From the NCBI RefSeq assembly GCF_001194135.2, contig NC_069003.1:31233518-31297517 (forward strand): a stretch of DNA of 64,000 nucleotides, read 5' to 3'. Below are positions 38,421 to 51,320 of this stretch, piece after piece. Numbering within the stretch: the stretch's first letter is position 1; each line of letters opens with the position of its first letter. Source of the stretch: Octopus bimaculoides. Lineage: Eukaryota. Under the pieces are notes generated by a model. That model saw only the letters and a list, made by a program, of their open reading frames with translations, was not told the DNA's origin and did not search any database. The translations under genes and the position numbers were made by a program.

Positions 38421-39105
38421 TTTCCACAGAAAGACATTTTAAAATTTAAATTTGGATTAAAAACAAAACAAAATCTCACCATCTTGAAGAAAGAAAATTC
38501 CATAAAATGAATCAGAGTCTGGATTATATTATTATCTTTTTAGCATTCTTCAATTTATTTCAGTTGCTTCATTTACATTATTTTGCAGTCAATAAAGAGA
38601 AATAATTTAAAATTAAGAAAAATTGGGATGGGTTACAGATTGAATTTGGTTTAATAACAGCTACAGCAGCTGTATAATGACTTCCTGGTTTTTCTTCATG
38701 TGCAAAAGGCATTTTGCAAACATCATTTCCATCTTGTATTAACAAAAATAGCAAAAATTTTGCACAAAGGAGGTGACAAAAATACATTTATCAAATCTCA
38801 CTGTATTGATAAATAATTCAGATATTTTGATTATATTTCACTTAAGTATTAATATGAGTCAGGAATTCCAAATCATTTCTTTCAATACCCAAACACACAC
38901 ACAAACACACACACACACAGAATTATACAGCTGTATAAGATTATATATACTCATGTATCTATAAATTCGAACTAGTGGCTGCATTAATATTAATATCGGT
39001 ATTTTCTGCATGATTTTGCATGTATTTTCTTATATCAGGTTACATTATAATGTACTCCATATATATGTACGTATGTATATACATATGCATGCATGTGTTT
39101 GTGTG

Positions 39106-39164
<59 letters not shown>

Positions 39165-39460
39165 GTTGAAATACAGACAAATGTTAGCAGATGTAAGAAA
39201 TGTAATTATATGAAGCCTACATGTTACAATCAAGTCATAACCATATAATTACAACTGTTTCGAATAATCGATGACTGTTTGATATAACTATGCATATTAA
39301 ACAAGCAGGTACAGTACTGAGACAATTATTAGGTATAGATGAAAGCAAAATAAAATATCAACCAACACAAATTTTTATAGCTTCTTGGAACAGATGGGAT
39401 CTAACCATTCTATCTCCTTTGGAAATAGCATTAGAATAGTCGACATTTTAGATATTAATT

Positions 39461-39645
39461 AAGGTGGCAAGCTGTCAGAATAATTAGCAGGCCAGGAAAA
39501 ATGCTTAGCATTTCATTCATCTTTACGTTCTGAGTTCAAATTCTGTTGAGGCTGGCTTTGCTATTCACCCTTTGGAGTCAATAAAAAAAGTACCGGTAGA
39601 ACACTGGGGTTGATGTAATCGACTTACCACCTTCCCCACAAATTT
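39461..39645 (+). mobile_element. Family B SINE
   Basis: Matches the family B body. Confidence 0.75.
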
Positions 39646-40569
39646 GAGATCAATATTTTATGCATTACTTGAGATCAATATTTTACACATTACTCTAGAT
39701 GATGATGATAATGGCGACATCTTGTATAATCTACGATGCTCCCACCATTGTTAACTCTAACTCAACAGTATTGTATTCATGCAGGTGGTATATAAGAGTA
39801 ATTTATTTACTGAATCTTCCTACTTTTCTATGTATAATTGTACAGAATTGTACATTTACAAAATGATTCTATTTATATATTGCTAAGGAGGTCTTATAAT
39901 ACCAAAGAATGTACAGAGTTGTCTCCCCTACCAGCTACACAACTTAAAACATAAGTCATTGACTAGAATTGACTTTGTTTTGCTTTTTGTCACCACATAA
40001 TTATTTCTTATAAACATATTTAATGCTCTCTGTTCTAACTATATTAATTCTCTAACTCAAGTGAAATGCAAATCCTGATTTTCTTTGGTAAAACGAAACC
40101 ATATAAATAATTAGGAGGCAAATCAATCATCTTATTGATCATCCATCGTTTTGAGATCAATCATGTAGCTACTACTTCTTCAGAGATATTAGCTCAAACA
40201 TTCCCCTATCATAAAACAGCTTTGAGCTATCTCGTTAACATTACTTTAGATTAGAAATTTCTTTCCGTAATAAGCTTATGGCAGACTGCTTATTGATTGT
40301 TAAACGTAACCTGACCGAAAAAAGACAGAGAATTAAAAGCAAGCAGAACCAAACTTAGCAAAGACAATTACAGAGATTCCACAATATCATGAAAAAAATA
40401 AAATAAAATAAAATAAAAACAAATCCAACAATATTCTTTTAGTCAAATGAAATTTTATGAAACTTCTCTCACATTGTGCCAAGAGCAGAGTAAGAACATT
40501 ATTTACTGACATCCATTATTTGCCAAAAGAGGAAAATTTTTTATTTCTTTATTGCTTTGCACATGTGTT

Positions 40570-41075
40570 AAGGTGCATAGCCTTGTGGTTAAGGTGTTGG
40601 CCTCATGATGATTAGGTCATGTGTTCGATTCTTAAACCAGGTAACACAATGTGTCCTTGAGCAGGGCACTTCATTTCCAGTTGCTCCAGATCACTTAGCT
40701 GACTGTGAATACCAGTGGCAATTGGGATTAAAACCCTGTAAGAGACTGTTGTTCCATTTAGCGGCTTAGTGGTTAGGGTATTTGGCTCATGGTCATAAGG
40801 TTGTGAGTTCGATTTCTGGTGGCGTGTTGTGTCCTTGAGCAAGACACTTTATTTCACATTAATCCAGTCCACTCATCTGGCAAAAATGAGTTGTACCTGT
40901 ATTTCAAAGGGCCAGCCTTGTCACATTCTGTATCATGCTGAATATCCCTGAGAATCATGCTAAGAGTTATGCATGTCTGTGGAGTACTCAACCACTTACA
41001 CATTAATTTCATGAGCAGGTTGTTCCATTAACTGGATCAACTGGAGCATTCATGATCATAACCAATGGAGTGCCA
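40570..41075 (+). mobile_element. Two tandem family E SINEs (partial 40570-40710; full 40755-41075)
   Basis: Two tRNA-like heads, each followed by gtgtccttgagca(g/a)g core. Confidence 0.72.
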
Positions 41076-41215
41076 TTTAAAGGAGAGAAATTCTCACATT
41101 CTCAGTCAATTAAATACCTTGAGAATCTGGGAAAAGCACTTCCATACTTGCAGCATTTATCTCAAACAGGTGAGGCATTCTTGTAATACTGCCAGATCAG
41201 AGACTTCAAGAAATG

Positions 41216-41466
41216 GAGGTGAGGGGGCTCAGTTCTTTTTGAACGGGCCTCACAGAGGTGAGATGGCTGAGTTCCTATCGAGTGTTGGGCCTCACAGAGG
41301 CAATGTGGCCGAGTTCCTTTTGAGTGTCAGGCATCATGGAGGCAAAGTGGCTGAGTACCTTTCGAGTGTTGGGCCTGATGGAGGTGAGGTGGCTAAGTTC
41401 CTTTTGAACAGGCCTCACTGAGGTGAGACGGCAGAGTTCCTTTCGGGCATTGGGCCTCGTGGAGGT
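41216..41466 (+). repeat. GC-rich 39/42-bp diverged minisatellite (6 units)
   Basis: Units start at 41216, 41255, 41297, 41339, 41381, 41420 (partial 41462); consensus gaggtgaggtggctgagttcctttcgagtgttgggcctcac. Confidence 0.88.
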
Positions 41467-42055
41467 TCTTGTCAACTGCCAGGTAAATTCTCATCAATGC
41501 TCAAGACATTTTCTTTTTTCTGTCTGTCTCTCTCTTTTCCTTTTGTGAAGGCTCAGTAGGTAGTGGCAGATCTGAAGAAATAGTCTTTGTGGGTGCAGAG
41601 AGAGATATTTGGTTCTGTGAATATATGAATGGCAGCATCAATACTAAGCAGTGATGAGGAACAAACGAACTTCAGGTTAGTTTAAATATGTTTGTGATGT
41701 GTTCTAACTTCTAAAGGCAAATTTCCTTCAGTTAACTGTGGGAATAAAAAAAATCTTTCCGGTGGTAAAATGTGTAAAAAAAAACATGTCTACTAAAGCA
41801 CCCCTTAGTGGATTCCCAGGCCTGTTTCTGGCTCTTTAGACTTCCTCAATGGGAAATATTGAAGAGAGACGACTCTGGGCAGATTGAAAGCCATAGTTTT
41901 ATCTAAAAACAGTCAACATCAGTGAATGAGCTGCACTTGCATATCACCTGGCTGGAAGAGAAATAGCAGCATCAGAAGGAAGCAGTGTTGACGAACAAAC
42001 TTTAGCTTAGTCAAAATATGTCACAGACATATTTTGACTAAACTGAAGCTCATAT

Positions 42056-42095
<40 letters not shown>

Positions 42096-42102
42096 GTGTA
42101 TA

Positions 42103-42135
<33 letters not shown>

Positions 42136-42139
42136 GTGA

Positions 42140-42328
42140 CACGTAAAAGCACCTACTACACTCTCTGAGTGGTTGGCGTTAGGAAGGGCATCCAGCTGTA
42201 GAAACTCTGCCAAATTTAGATTGGAGCCTGGTGTTGCCATCCGGTTTCATCAGTCTTCAGTCAAATCGTCCAACCCATGCTAGCATGGAAAGCGAACGTT
42301 AAACGATGATGATGATGATGATGATGAT
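42140..42328 (+). mobile_element. Young family C copy
   Basis: About 97% identical to the reverse complement of 46128-46314. Confidence 0.85.
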
Positions 42329-42636
42329 ATANNNNNNNNNNNNNNNNNNNNNNNNNNNNNNNNNNNNNNNNNNNNNNNNNNNNNNNNNNNNNNNNNNNNN
42401 NNNNNNNNNNNNNNNNNNNNNNNNNNNNNNNNNNNNNNNNNNNNNNNNNNNNNNNNNNNNNNNNNNNNNNNNNNNNNNNNNNNNNNNNNNNNNNNNNNNN
42501 NNNNNNNNNNNNNNNNNNNNNNNNNNNNNNNNNNNNNNNNNNNNNNNNNNNNNNNNNNNNNNNNNNNNNNNNNNNNNNNNNNNNNNNNNNNNNNNNNNNN
42601 NNNNNNNNNNNNNNNNNNNNNNNNNNNNNNNNNNNN

Positions 42637-42717
<81 letters not shown>

Positions 42718-43336
42718 GGTGTATATATATATATATATATAGACATACCCCCTACACACACATATATATATATGTGTGTGTATGTATGCATGTATGCACA
42801 GGCATACATTTTACAAGCTACATGTTTTTCGGTTCATTTCTAATTTCAAAGCATTATTCTTTTATTCTTAAGAAATGGTATTTCCATATTAAAACATATA
42901 TAAAGTATGTTTCAGGTTGAATTGCTGGAATGTACTTATTAGCTGCCATTATATTCATACTGAATTAATGCTGCCACATCTCCATTTTTAATATATTGTC
43001 TATTGAATATTCCTGTCTTATAAATCAAATAAAAAAAGATGAATGAAGATTACTTTAAGTTTCTGTCTTATTAACATCATATCATACAGATGCAAGTGTA
43101 CAACTATATATATATATATATATCCACATACACATGCACAGAAGCTTATATATATGTATATATATACCTGTGCAAAAGTGTGCAAAATGCTGTGAATGTT
43201 TGCCAGCTATATATACAGTTTATAGCTCTATACACAGTTTATTATCATTTAATGAACTCCAGCTTGGTTTTTGTTTACACTTCTGTAGCTTGCATAAAGC
43301 AGAATATTGTTAGTGTATGCCTGTTTATGTGTTTAC

Positions 43337-43429
<93 letters not shown>

Positions 43430-43537
43430 AATACACACACACATAAACAAATAGATATATAGATATGGATGTATATAGATTATATAAATATATACATATT
43501 ATATATACATATATTATATATATACACACACATACAT

Positions 43538-43574
<37 letters not shown>

Positions 43575-43994
43575 CGGTTTAGATATAGATTCAAGGCTTG
43601 AATATGGTACTTATGCGAAGGCACCCGAATATCACATCCCAAAAGGATGGGTGATTAAAATCAAATAATAAGCAACACGGATTTCAAAAGTGATTGCAGT
43701 ACGCACGTTTCATGCTACTTCAATTTATTTAAGTAATGTGAGCATTACCTTAAATGCAATATGAAGAGCAATCTTCAGCTGCACGAAAAAATGTAGAAAA
43801 ATGTTGTCTCTCTCCTTTCCTCTCTCTGTCTCTCTCTCGCTGTGCCCCTCTCTCTACGTTGAGGGCAACAGTTCTCAAATGCAAAAAGCCAAAGAACTGT
43901 TAATACATACATATATACAGACATAAAACAGTAGGATGTTTTGAGGGAGATTTGACTGCTATTTCTACCAAGTCTAGCTACCATATAGAAGTCT

Positions 43995-44325
43995 CCCTCA
44001 TTGACTCATACATTCCAAATAGGTTCATATATTCCATTATCTAAGAGTGTGGGTTCATATCGTATGCCTTATCATAGTCGATCCAAGACATGGCTAAGTT
44101 ACTTTTCCTCCTCTTGCAGCCTCTCAGTACAGTTTTGTCTATCAGGGTTGATCCTTGGTACCTCTGCACTTACACTTGCAACCCTTCCGCTCATGTGGCA
44201 GGACTCCATTTTTTTCCAGATGTTCATACATTGACTCTGCGAGTATTCCAGTCAATAATTTCCACATAAGTGGCAAACAGGATATCGGCCTGTAATTGTC
44301 TACCATATTGCCTTTTTCAATATTT
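43995..44325 (-). mobile_element. R4/Dong-like RT fragment
   Basis: [19 protein letters not shown]...[12 protein letters not shown], then IDKTVLRGCKRRKSNLAMSWIDYDKAYD. Confidence 0.85.
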
Positions 44326-44361
<36 letters not shown>

Positions 44362-45768
44362 ACATATAAGGTTATTGTATGTATTTATGTGAATCATATA
44401 CAATATGTATTTTATTAACATACACATAAATGCACATGCACACACACACACATGCATGCACACACATACACATATTCATGTACACACATACAGATGCACA
44501 CACCACATATCCAAGCACACACATATGCATGTATATATGTATATATGTATATATGTATATATTTATGTATCGCTCTTTCTTTCTCTATGCATGTGTGCAT
44601 GTATGTGTATGTTAATAAAATACATATTGTGTATGATTCACATAAACACATACAATAAGCTTATAAAATTCTACATAGCCTGCAACCACATTGTTAAGCC
44701 TATGTTCTTTGGACTTACGCTACTGTCTTTGATTAATCCTGTATACTTAAAGCTGTGGAATTATTGTCTTAGCACGAGTGTCTTTGAAATATCATTAATA
44801 TTCTTGTTGATACTAATGTTTCTTTATATGCAGCAGGGTTTTACAAATGTAATATCAATGAACTGAAAAACTTCAATCAAATGGGATTATCTAATTAATT
44901 AGAAAATTAAAAAAAAGCTCCCTGTTGGGGCTTTAAAATCTTGAACTCATTGGCAGCCTGTTTTATTATAGATGCAGGCATGGCTGCGTGGTAAGAAGTT
45001 TGCTTCTCACTCACATGATTGTGGGTTCAGTCCCAATGCATGACAATGTAGGTGAGTGTTTTTTACTATTGTTCTGCATTAATCAAATTCACTCCTGTAC
45101 TTTATTTATTTTAAGTCTGGTATCTGTTCTATCTTTTTTTGTTTTTTGCTGAACCACTAAGTTATGGAGACATAAACAAACCAACACCAGATGTAAAGCA
45201 GTGGTGGAGATAATTCTTTTATTCTTTTACTTGTTTCAGTCATTTGACTGCGGTCATGTTGGAGCACCGCCTCAAAAGGTTTTAGCTGATGAAATACTAC
45301 TTATTCTATCAGTTTTTTTATAAATAACCCCTTCAGATACATGTACCCTTCATGTAGTTCTCAGGGATATTCAACATGACACAGAATGTGACAATGCTGA
45401 CTCATTGAATTACAGGTGCAACTCATTTTTGCCAGCTGAGTGGACTGGAGTAATGTGAAATGAAATATCTTGCTCAAGAAAGCCATGCACTGCTGGGAAT
45501 AGAACACATGATCTTACAATCGTGAGCCAAGTACCTAACCACTAAGCCATGCGCTTTCACTTACCTGGGGAGCATACTTTCAAACAGTGACTGCAGCAAT
45601 GCACTGTAACAGTGCATGGTCCAACACCTGACTGGATCTAATATGATAGGTAACGTGAAATAAAGTATCTTGCTCAAGGACAACACAACGCTGGGAATGG
45701 AATCACAATCTTACAATTATGAGCTGAATACTTAATCGCTAAGCCATGCACCTTCACTCACCTGGAGA

Positions 45769-45933
45769 CAGGGCCGGCTCTAGGGTTGCTGGCACCCTGG
45801 GCAGGCTGAACTTCGGTGTGTACAAGCTGACAGTTGTGGAAATTTCCTTATCTTTGTTGCACCCGCCTTAGTGCCCCTAGTATATAGTGCTCAGGGTGAC
45901 TACCCAAGTTTCCAGTACCTTGAGCTGGCCCTG
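45769..45933. mobile_element. hAT-type MITE
   Basis: TIRs cagggccggctc / gagctggccctg; 8-bp TSD cctggaga / cttgggga. The uninterrupted paralogous site cctgggga is present near 45566. Confidence 0.8.
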
Positions 45934-46061
45934 CTTGGGGAATATACTGACAAACAGTGACTGCAGCAATGTGCTTCAACAGTGCATTGCTCCACACTTG
46001 ACATGGTTTAAAACAATAAATAAGAACCTAATTGTTGGCATTCTATAAAATCGAAATTCTG

Positions 46062-46483
46062 TTAATCCTTTAGCATTCAGGATTACTCTCCCAAATGTAA
46101 TGCTTATTTATTCACATTGTTTTGAATTCATCATCATCATCATCATCATCGTTTAACGTCCGCTTTCCATGCTAGCATGGGTTGGACGATTTGACTGAGG
46201 ACTGGTGAAACCGGATGGCAACACCAGGCTCCAATCTAATTTGGCAGAGTTTCTACAGCTGGATGCCCTTCCTAACGCCAACCACTCAGAGAGTGTAGTG
46301 GGTGCTTTTACGTGTATGCATTATCCCATATCTTTGAGATTTTAATGATGTGATTTTGATAATGTGTTGGTTCATTTTTGAAATGGCATTGTTGTGTAGG
46401 TTTGAAAGGCCAGATCTGGTTGATTTGAACATGACATAAAACAGGTAGAATATTTGGGCTGGATATAGCCAGTAAAGAGTTAA
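46062..46483. mobile_element. piggyBac-type MITE carrying a nested family C insertion (46128-46314, minus)
   Basis: TTAA at both ends with degenerate CCCTTTA-type TIRs; the internal sequence matches a partial copy at 6570-6635. Confidence 0.7.
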
Positions 46484-46755
46484 ACATTCATTCAATACAT
46501 CATGCGTTATTTCTCTCCTTTACTAATCAAGGAATATGTCACAAGTATGAAAGCCAATCTCTCTGTTAAAAGAATAAAAATGACATTTAAATAACTACAA
46601 TTCAGAATGAAATTGATAAAACATTTATATTCTATTCACACTTAGAGATATGAATGCTATCAATCATGTATTTGTATTTGTTTGTCTGTCTCTCTTAAGA
46701 TAGAATTTAAATTATAGATATATGTATGTATGTATGCATGCATGCATGCAAGTGT

Positions 46756-46803
<48 letters not shown>

Positions 46804-47027
46804 TCAGTCATGTGTCATGACTAAATAGGATTAGTCTAGTAATCATTCATGAAGTAAATTGTCAAAGTCAGACTCGGGACGGACACAATATATAAAAAAG
46901 ATTTTCGCAAAAAACATTTATTCCCATTTACATAAATCATATATCAGTATTTATATTTATCTATAAATCTGTCCACCTATGTCTCTATCATTATACATAC
47001 ATACATACATATACGCATACATGCATA

Positions 47028-47080
<53 letters not shown>

Positions 47081-47125
47081 NNNNNNNNNNNNNNNNNNNN
47101 NNNNNNNNNNNNNNNNNNNNNNNNN

Positions 47126-47191
<66 letters not shown>

Positions 47192-48067
47192 TATATATAA
47201 AGGGTAAAAATTATTCAAAATAATAATTTATAACAGTGGCCAGCATGCATAAAAAATGTCCGTAGACCATAGATATTTTTATTATATATACGCGTGTATA
47301 AATTACACATAAACAAGAGAACCACTAAGTAGTCTCCTTAAATATATGAAGACAGAGACACACACATATGTATGTATGTGTGTATGTATGTATGTATGTA
47401 TGTATGTATGCATATATGTATGTTTGTATGTATGAATTTATGTATGCATTTATGTATGAATGTATGTATGTTTGTATGCATGTATATATATGTGTGTGTG
47501 TGTGTGTGTCTGTCTTCATGCTCTGGGTTCAAATCCCACTGAGGTCCACTTTGCCTTTCATCCTTTCAGGATTGATAAAATAAACCCCAGTTGAGCACTG
47601 ACATTCAGGTAAATTGACTTATTCCCTCCCTGAAATTGCTGGCCTTGTGCCAAAATTTGAAACCATTATGTCAAACGAAAGAATTAAAATTTGGTGATAT
47701 ATCCATATTACATTACATCGGATTATCTTCCATCTGAAGCCTGCTAAAGTTATATTTATCAAAACCATGCCAATCCTATCCAAACATTTATACCTGTTTT
47801 TACATGTTTATGAAGATTGGAAATGTGTGTACAGTGAATCTTACTATAATCCTTTGTTATTTCTGTCTGTTATAATCTACAATCAAAGATCTGATCTCAT
47901 CACTTCTTATGTGTCTTCCTTTGTCACAATTAGGACAAAAGAAGACACATTTACTGACACGGCATGCTAATTTTTCACCAAACATTTATATTTGCATAAC
48001 GAATCCATATGAACGTGGTCACCTCTTCATGTGATACATTTAATGGTTAACTCATTCTTATTGTGTG

Positions 48068-48132
<65 letters not shown>

Positions 48133-48395
48133 NNNNNNNNNNNNNNNNNNNNNNNNNNNNNNNNNNNNNNNNNNNNNNNNNNNNNNNNNNNNNNNNNNNN
48201 NNNNNNNNNNNNNNNNNNNNNNNNNNNNNNNNNNNNNNNNNNNNNNNNNNNNNNNNNNNNNNNNNNNNNNNNNNNNNNNNNNNNNNNNNNNNNNNNNNNN
48301 NNNNNNNNNNNNNNNNNNNNNNNNNNNNNNNNNNNNNNNNNNNNNNNNNNNNNNNNNNNNNNNNNNNNNNNNNNNNNNNNNNNNNNNNNNNNNNN

Positions 48396-48560
48396 AGGCA
48401 TAGGAGTGACTGTGTGGTAAGTAGCTTGCCTACCAACCACATGGTTCCGGGTTCAGTCCCACTGCATGGCACCTTGGGCAAGTGTCTTCTACTATAGCCT
48501 TGGGCCGACCAAAGCCTTGTGAGTGGTTTTGGTAGACGGAAACTGAAAGAAGCCTGTCAT
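48396..48560 (+). mobile_element. Family A SINE (well preserved)
   Basis: Full head, core and tail followed by (TA)n. Confidence 0.85.
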
Positions 48561-49955
48561 CTATATATATATATATATATATATATATGAATAATTCTTT
48601 TTGGAACAGTAGATCACATACAGTTATGAATAATAGCAAGTAAATATTAGATTGAAAGCCCTTATGAATAGAAAAAGGGGACGGTTGTCTATTGGACATC
48701 AACAATGTATAAGGGACTGTTTACTTTAAGCATTGCAGAGTACATCAGAAAAGAGGTGTGTTAAAGGGGTGTTAGTAATACAAATAGAACATTAAATATG
48801 GAAAATAATAACAAAGCTAGTAATATGTTATCTTAAAATTATTTAATCAGTCCAGATATTTTATGTTTAAAAATCCCTTTTCAAGAATTTATGAATGAAA
48901 CGGGGAGATAAATTATGTGTCCATTTCAGTGGCATGCTGGTTCCTTGTGTGCAGTAATGGAATTACCATGTATTTTAGGGTGTAGAAATTTTGAAGCTAA
49001 AATTTATGTTCTACGGTCTTTTAAGGCGAGAGAAAAGTGAATCAACTGGTTTCATAGTATCCATTAGCAAGCTTTTTTGTTGTTGTTTTTTTGTTTTTAA
49101 CTTTGAACTCTTTGTTAATTGCTGGCTTGTGTTTATTTGTTTTTGAATTGCTTTTGTATAGCTTCTTTTATTCACCGATTACTGATATGACAAGCTTTAG
49201 TGTTAATGATAACAGTAATGTACTTGTTTATATTTTTGCATTCTGTAAGATGTTTTTTTAAAAGATGATGCATGTGTCTTCAGAGCATGTGTGTTTAGAA
49301 CATGTGCATGTAGAGCGTATGTGTAGAACATGTGTGTTTAGCGCATGTGGGGAATGTGTCAGCAGGCTGGGTCAACCAAAGCCTTGTGAGTGGATTTCTA
49401 CAAAATCCACTCACAAGTTTGCTTCCCAACCATGTAGTCAGCGCTACATGAACCCATCAAGCAAATTAAGCACGTGCTTAGAGCATCAAGGGGGTACCAT
49501 AGAAATGGAAATGGTTTATGGCACAAAAGAAATCACTTTAAACTTGCTAAAATAATATTCGTAATTCCTTATCTCTACTAAGTATAGAAGCAGAAGTTTT
49601 ATGTAAAATTAATTTTAACGATATCCTCGAAGACTTTGCAATAAAATTTTAAAACCGAAGGAGAAAACTTTAGATATATANNNNNNNNNNNNNNNNNNNN
49701 NNNNNNNNNNNNNNNNNNNNNNNNNNNNNNNNNNNNNNNNNNNNNNNNNNNNNNNNNNNNNNNNNNNNNNNNNNNNNNNNNNNNNNNNNNNNNNNNNNNN
49801 NNNNNNNNNNNNNNNNNNNNNNNNNNNNNNNNNNNNNNNNNNNNNNNNNNNNNNNNNNNNNNNNNNNNTATATATATATATATATATATATATATGCTGG
49901 ACCACTGAAATCTACAAGCTTTTTTCAGTCTCTCTCTGTTTATTTTCTCTAATTC

Positions 49956-49991
49956 CTTTCTGTTGAAGAGCGTAGGCTCGAAACGTAAAAT
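49956..49991 (+). ncRNA. Minimal hammerhead-ribozyme-like motif (A6 substituted) in a probable Penelope terminus (about 49900-50085)
   Basis: cttt-CTGtTGA-a-GAGC-gtag-GCTC-GAAA-C-GTA-aaa: core boxes, 4-bp stem II, palindromic ACGT stem III and short stem I. Confidence 0.5.
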
Positions 49992-50130
49992 ACTTTTTCA
50001 TTTTCCTGAGTGTCAAACTAATACACTTGCTTGTTGTTCCTACACATGTCTTTGTCTTTTGCTTTTCTATAAATTTCAGCTATATATCATCATCATCATC
50101 ATTGTTTAACAATCGCTTTCCATGCTGGCT

Positions 50131-50170
<40 letters not shown>

Positions 50171-51119
50171 GATGGCTTAATATTAGTTGACTCATGTGAA
50201 AAAACTTCTGGTTGTTGAACAATACATGTAAAAATAAAGTGATTAAAAAATAATGGTATATATTATTTGCTTGTATTTTTCTTTTGCACATTTTTATTAT
50301 TTTGACAGGCAAAAGAAAAAGAAAAAAAATAGAATATCTTCTTGTTTCTTTTGTTTCTTGTTTGGAAAATATCTTTGATATATTTGTCTTTTTGTAACTT
50401 TTATAGAACTTCAAACAAAATAAACTTTAAAATGTTTAGGCAACACACAAACAAAATTAGAATTTGTATCAATAGACTTGGCTAAATCATTGAACCAATC
50501 ATAAAAATATGGATGCATGTGTGTATGTATGGGTGTGTGTGTGTGTATATATGTGTTTGTATGTATGAATGGATGGATGGATATATTATGTATGTATGTA
50601 TGTATGCACGTATCAATGTATTTATATATGCATGTATGTATTATGTATGTATTTATGTATACATGCATGCATGCGTGTATGAATGTATTGTATGTATGTA
50701 TGTATGTATGTATATATATATATGTATGTATGTATGTATGCATGTATGTATGCATGTACGTATATACATACATGTATGCATATATGTACATACATGTATG
50801 TATGTACATATATACATACATACATGTGTGTATGTACATACATACACACACACACACACATAAGTATGTATGTATCTATGTTTGAATGTATGTATGTATG
50901 TTTGTTACCAAACCACCCAAAGCTGCCCAAAATGAGCTTTTCTTATCCAAATGAGAATTTCAGTACAAATCTCGAAAACATATGATTTCACTATGCAAAC
51001 GATTGAGTTAGACTGTCTTGTATTATTTTACATAATATCTGAGCTCTGCAAATTTTGGGTGATTTTTTTTTTTTTTTCTGTTTTTACCCACTGTATGTGT
51101 GCATGTGTATGTTTGTGTG

Positions 51120-51320
51120 TCTGTGTTTGTCCCCCCAACATTGCTTGACAACCAATGCTGGTGTGTTTATGTCCTTGTAATCTAGTGGTTCAGCAAAAGA
51201 GACCGACAGAATGAGTACTGGTCTTACATACAATAAGTCCTGATATCGATTTGCTTGACTAAAGGCCATGCCCCAGCATGGCAGCAGTAAAATGACTGAA
51301 ACAAGTAAAATAAAAGAGTA
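51120..51320 (-). mobile_element. Family D repeat
   Basis: Reverse complement of family D. Confidence 0.7.
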
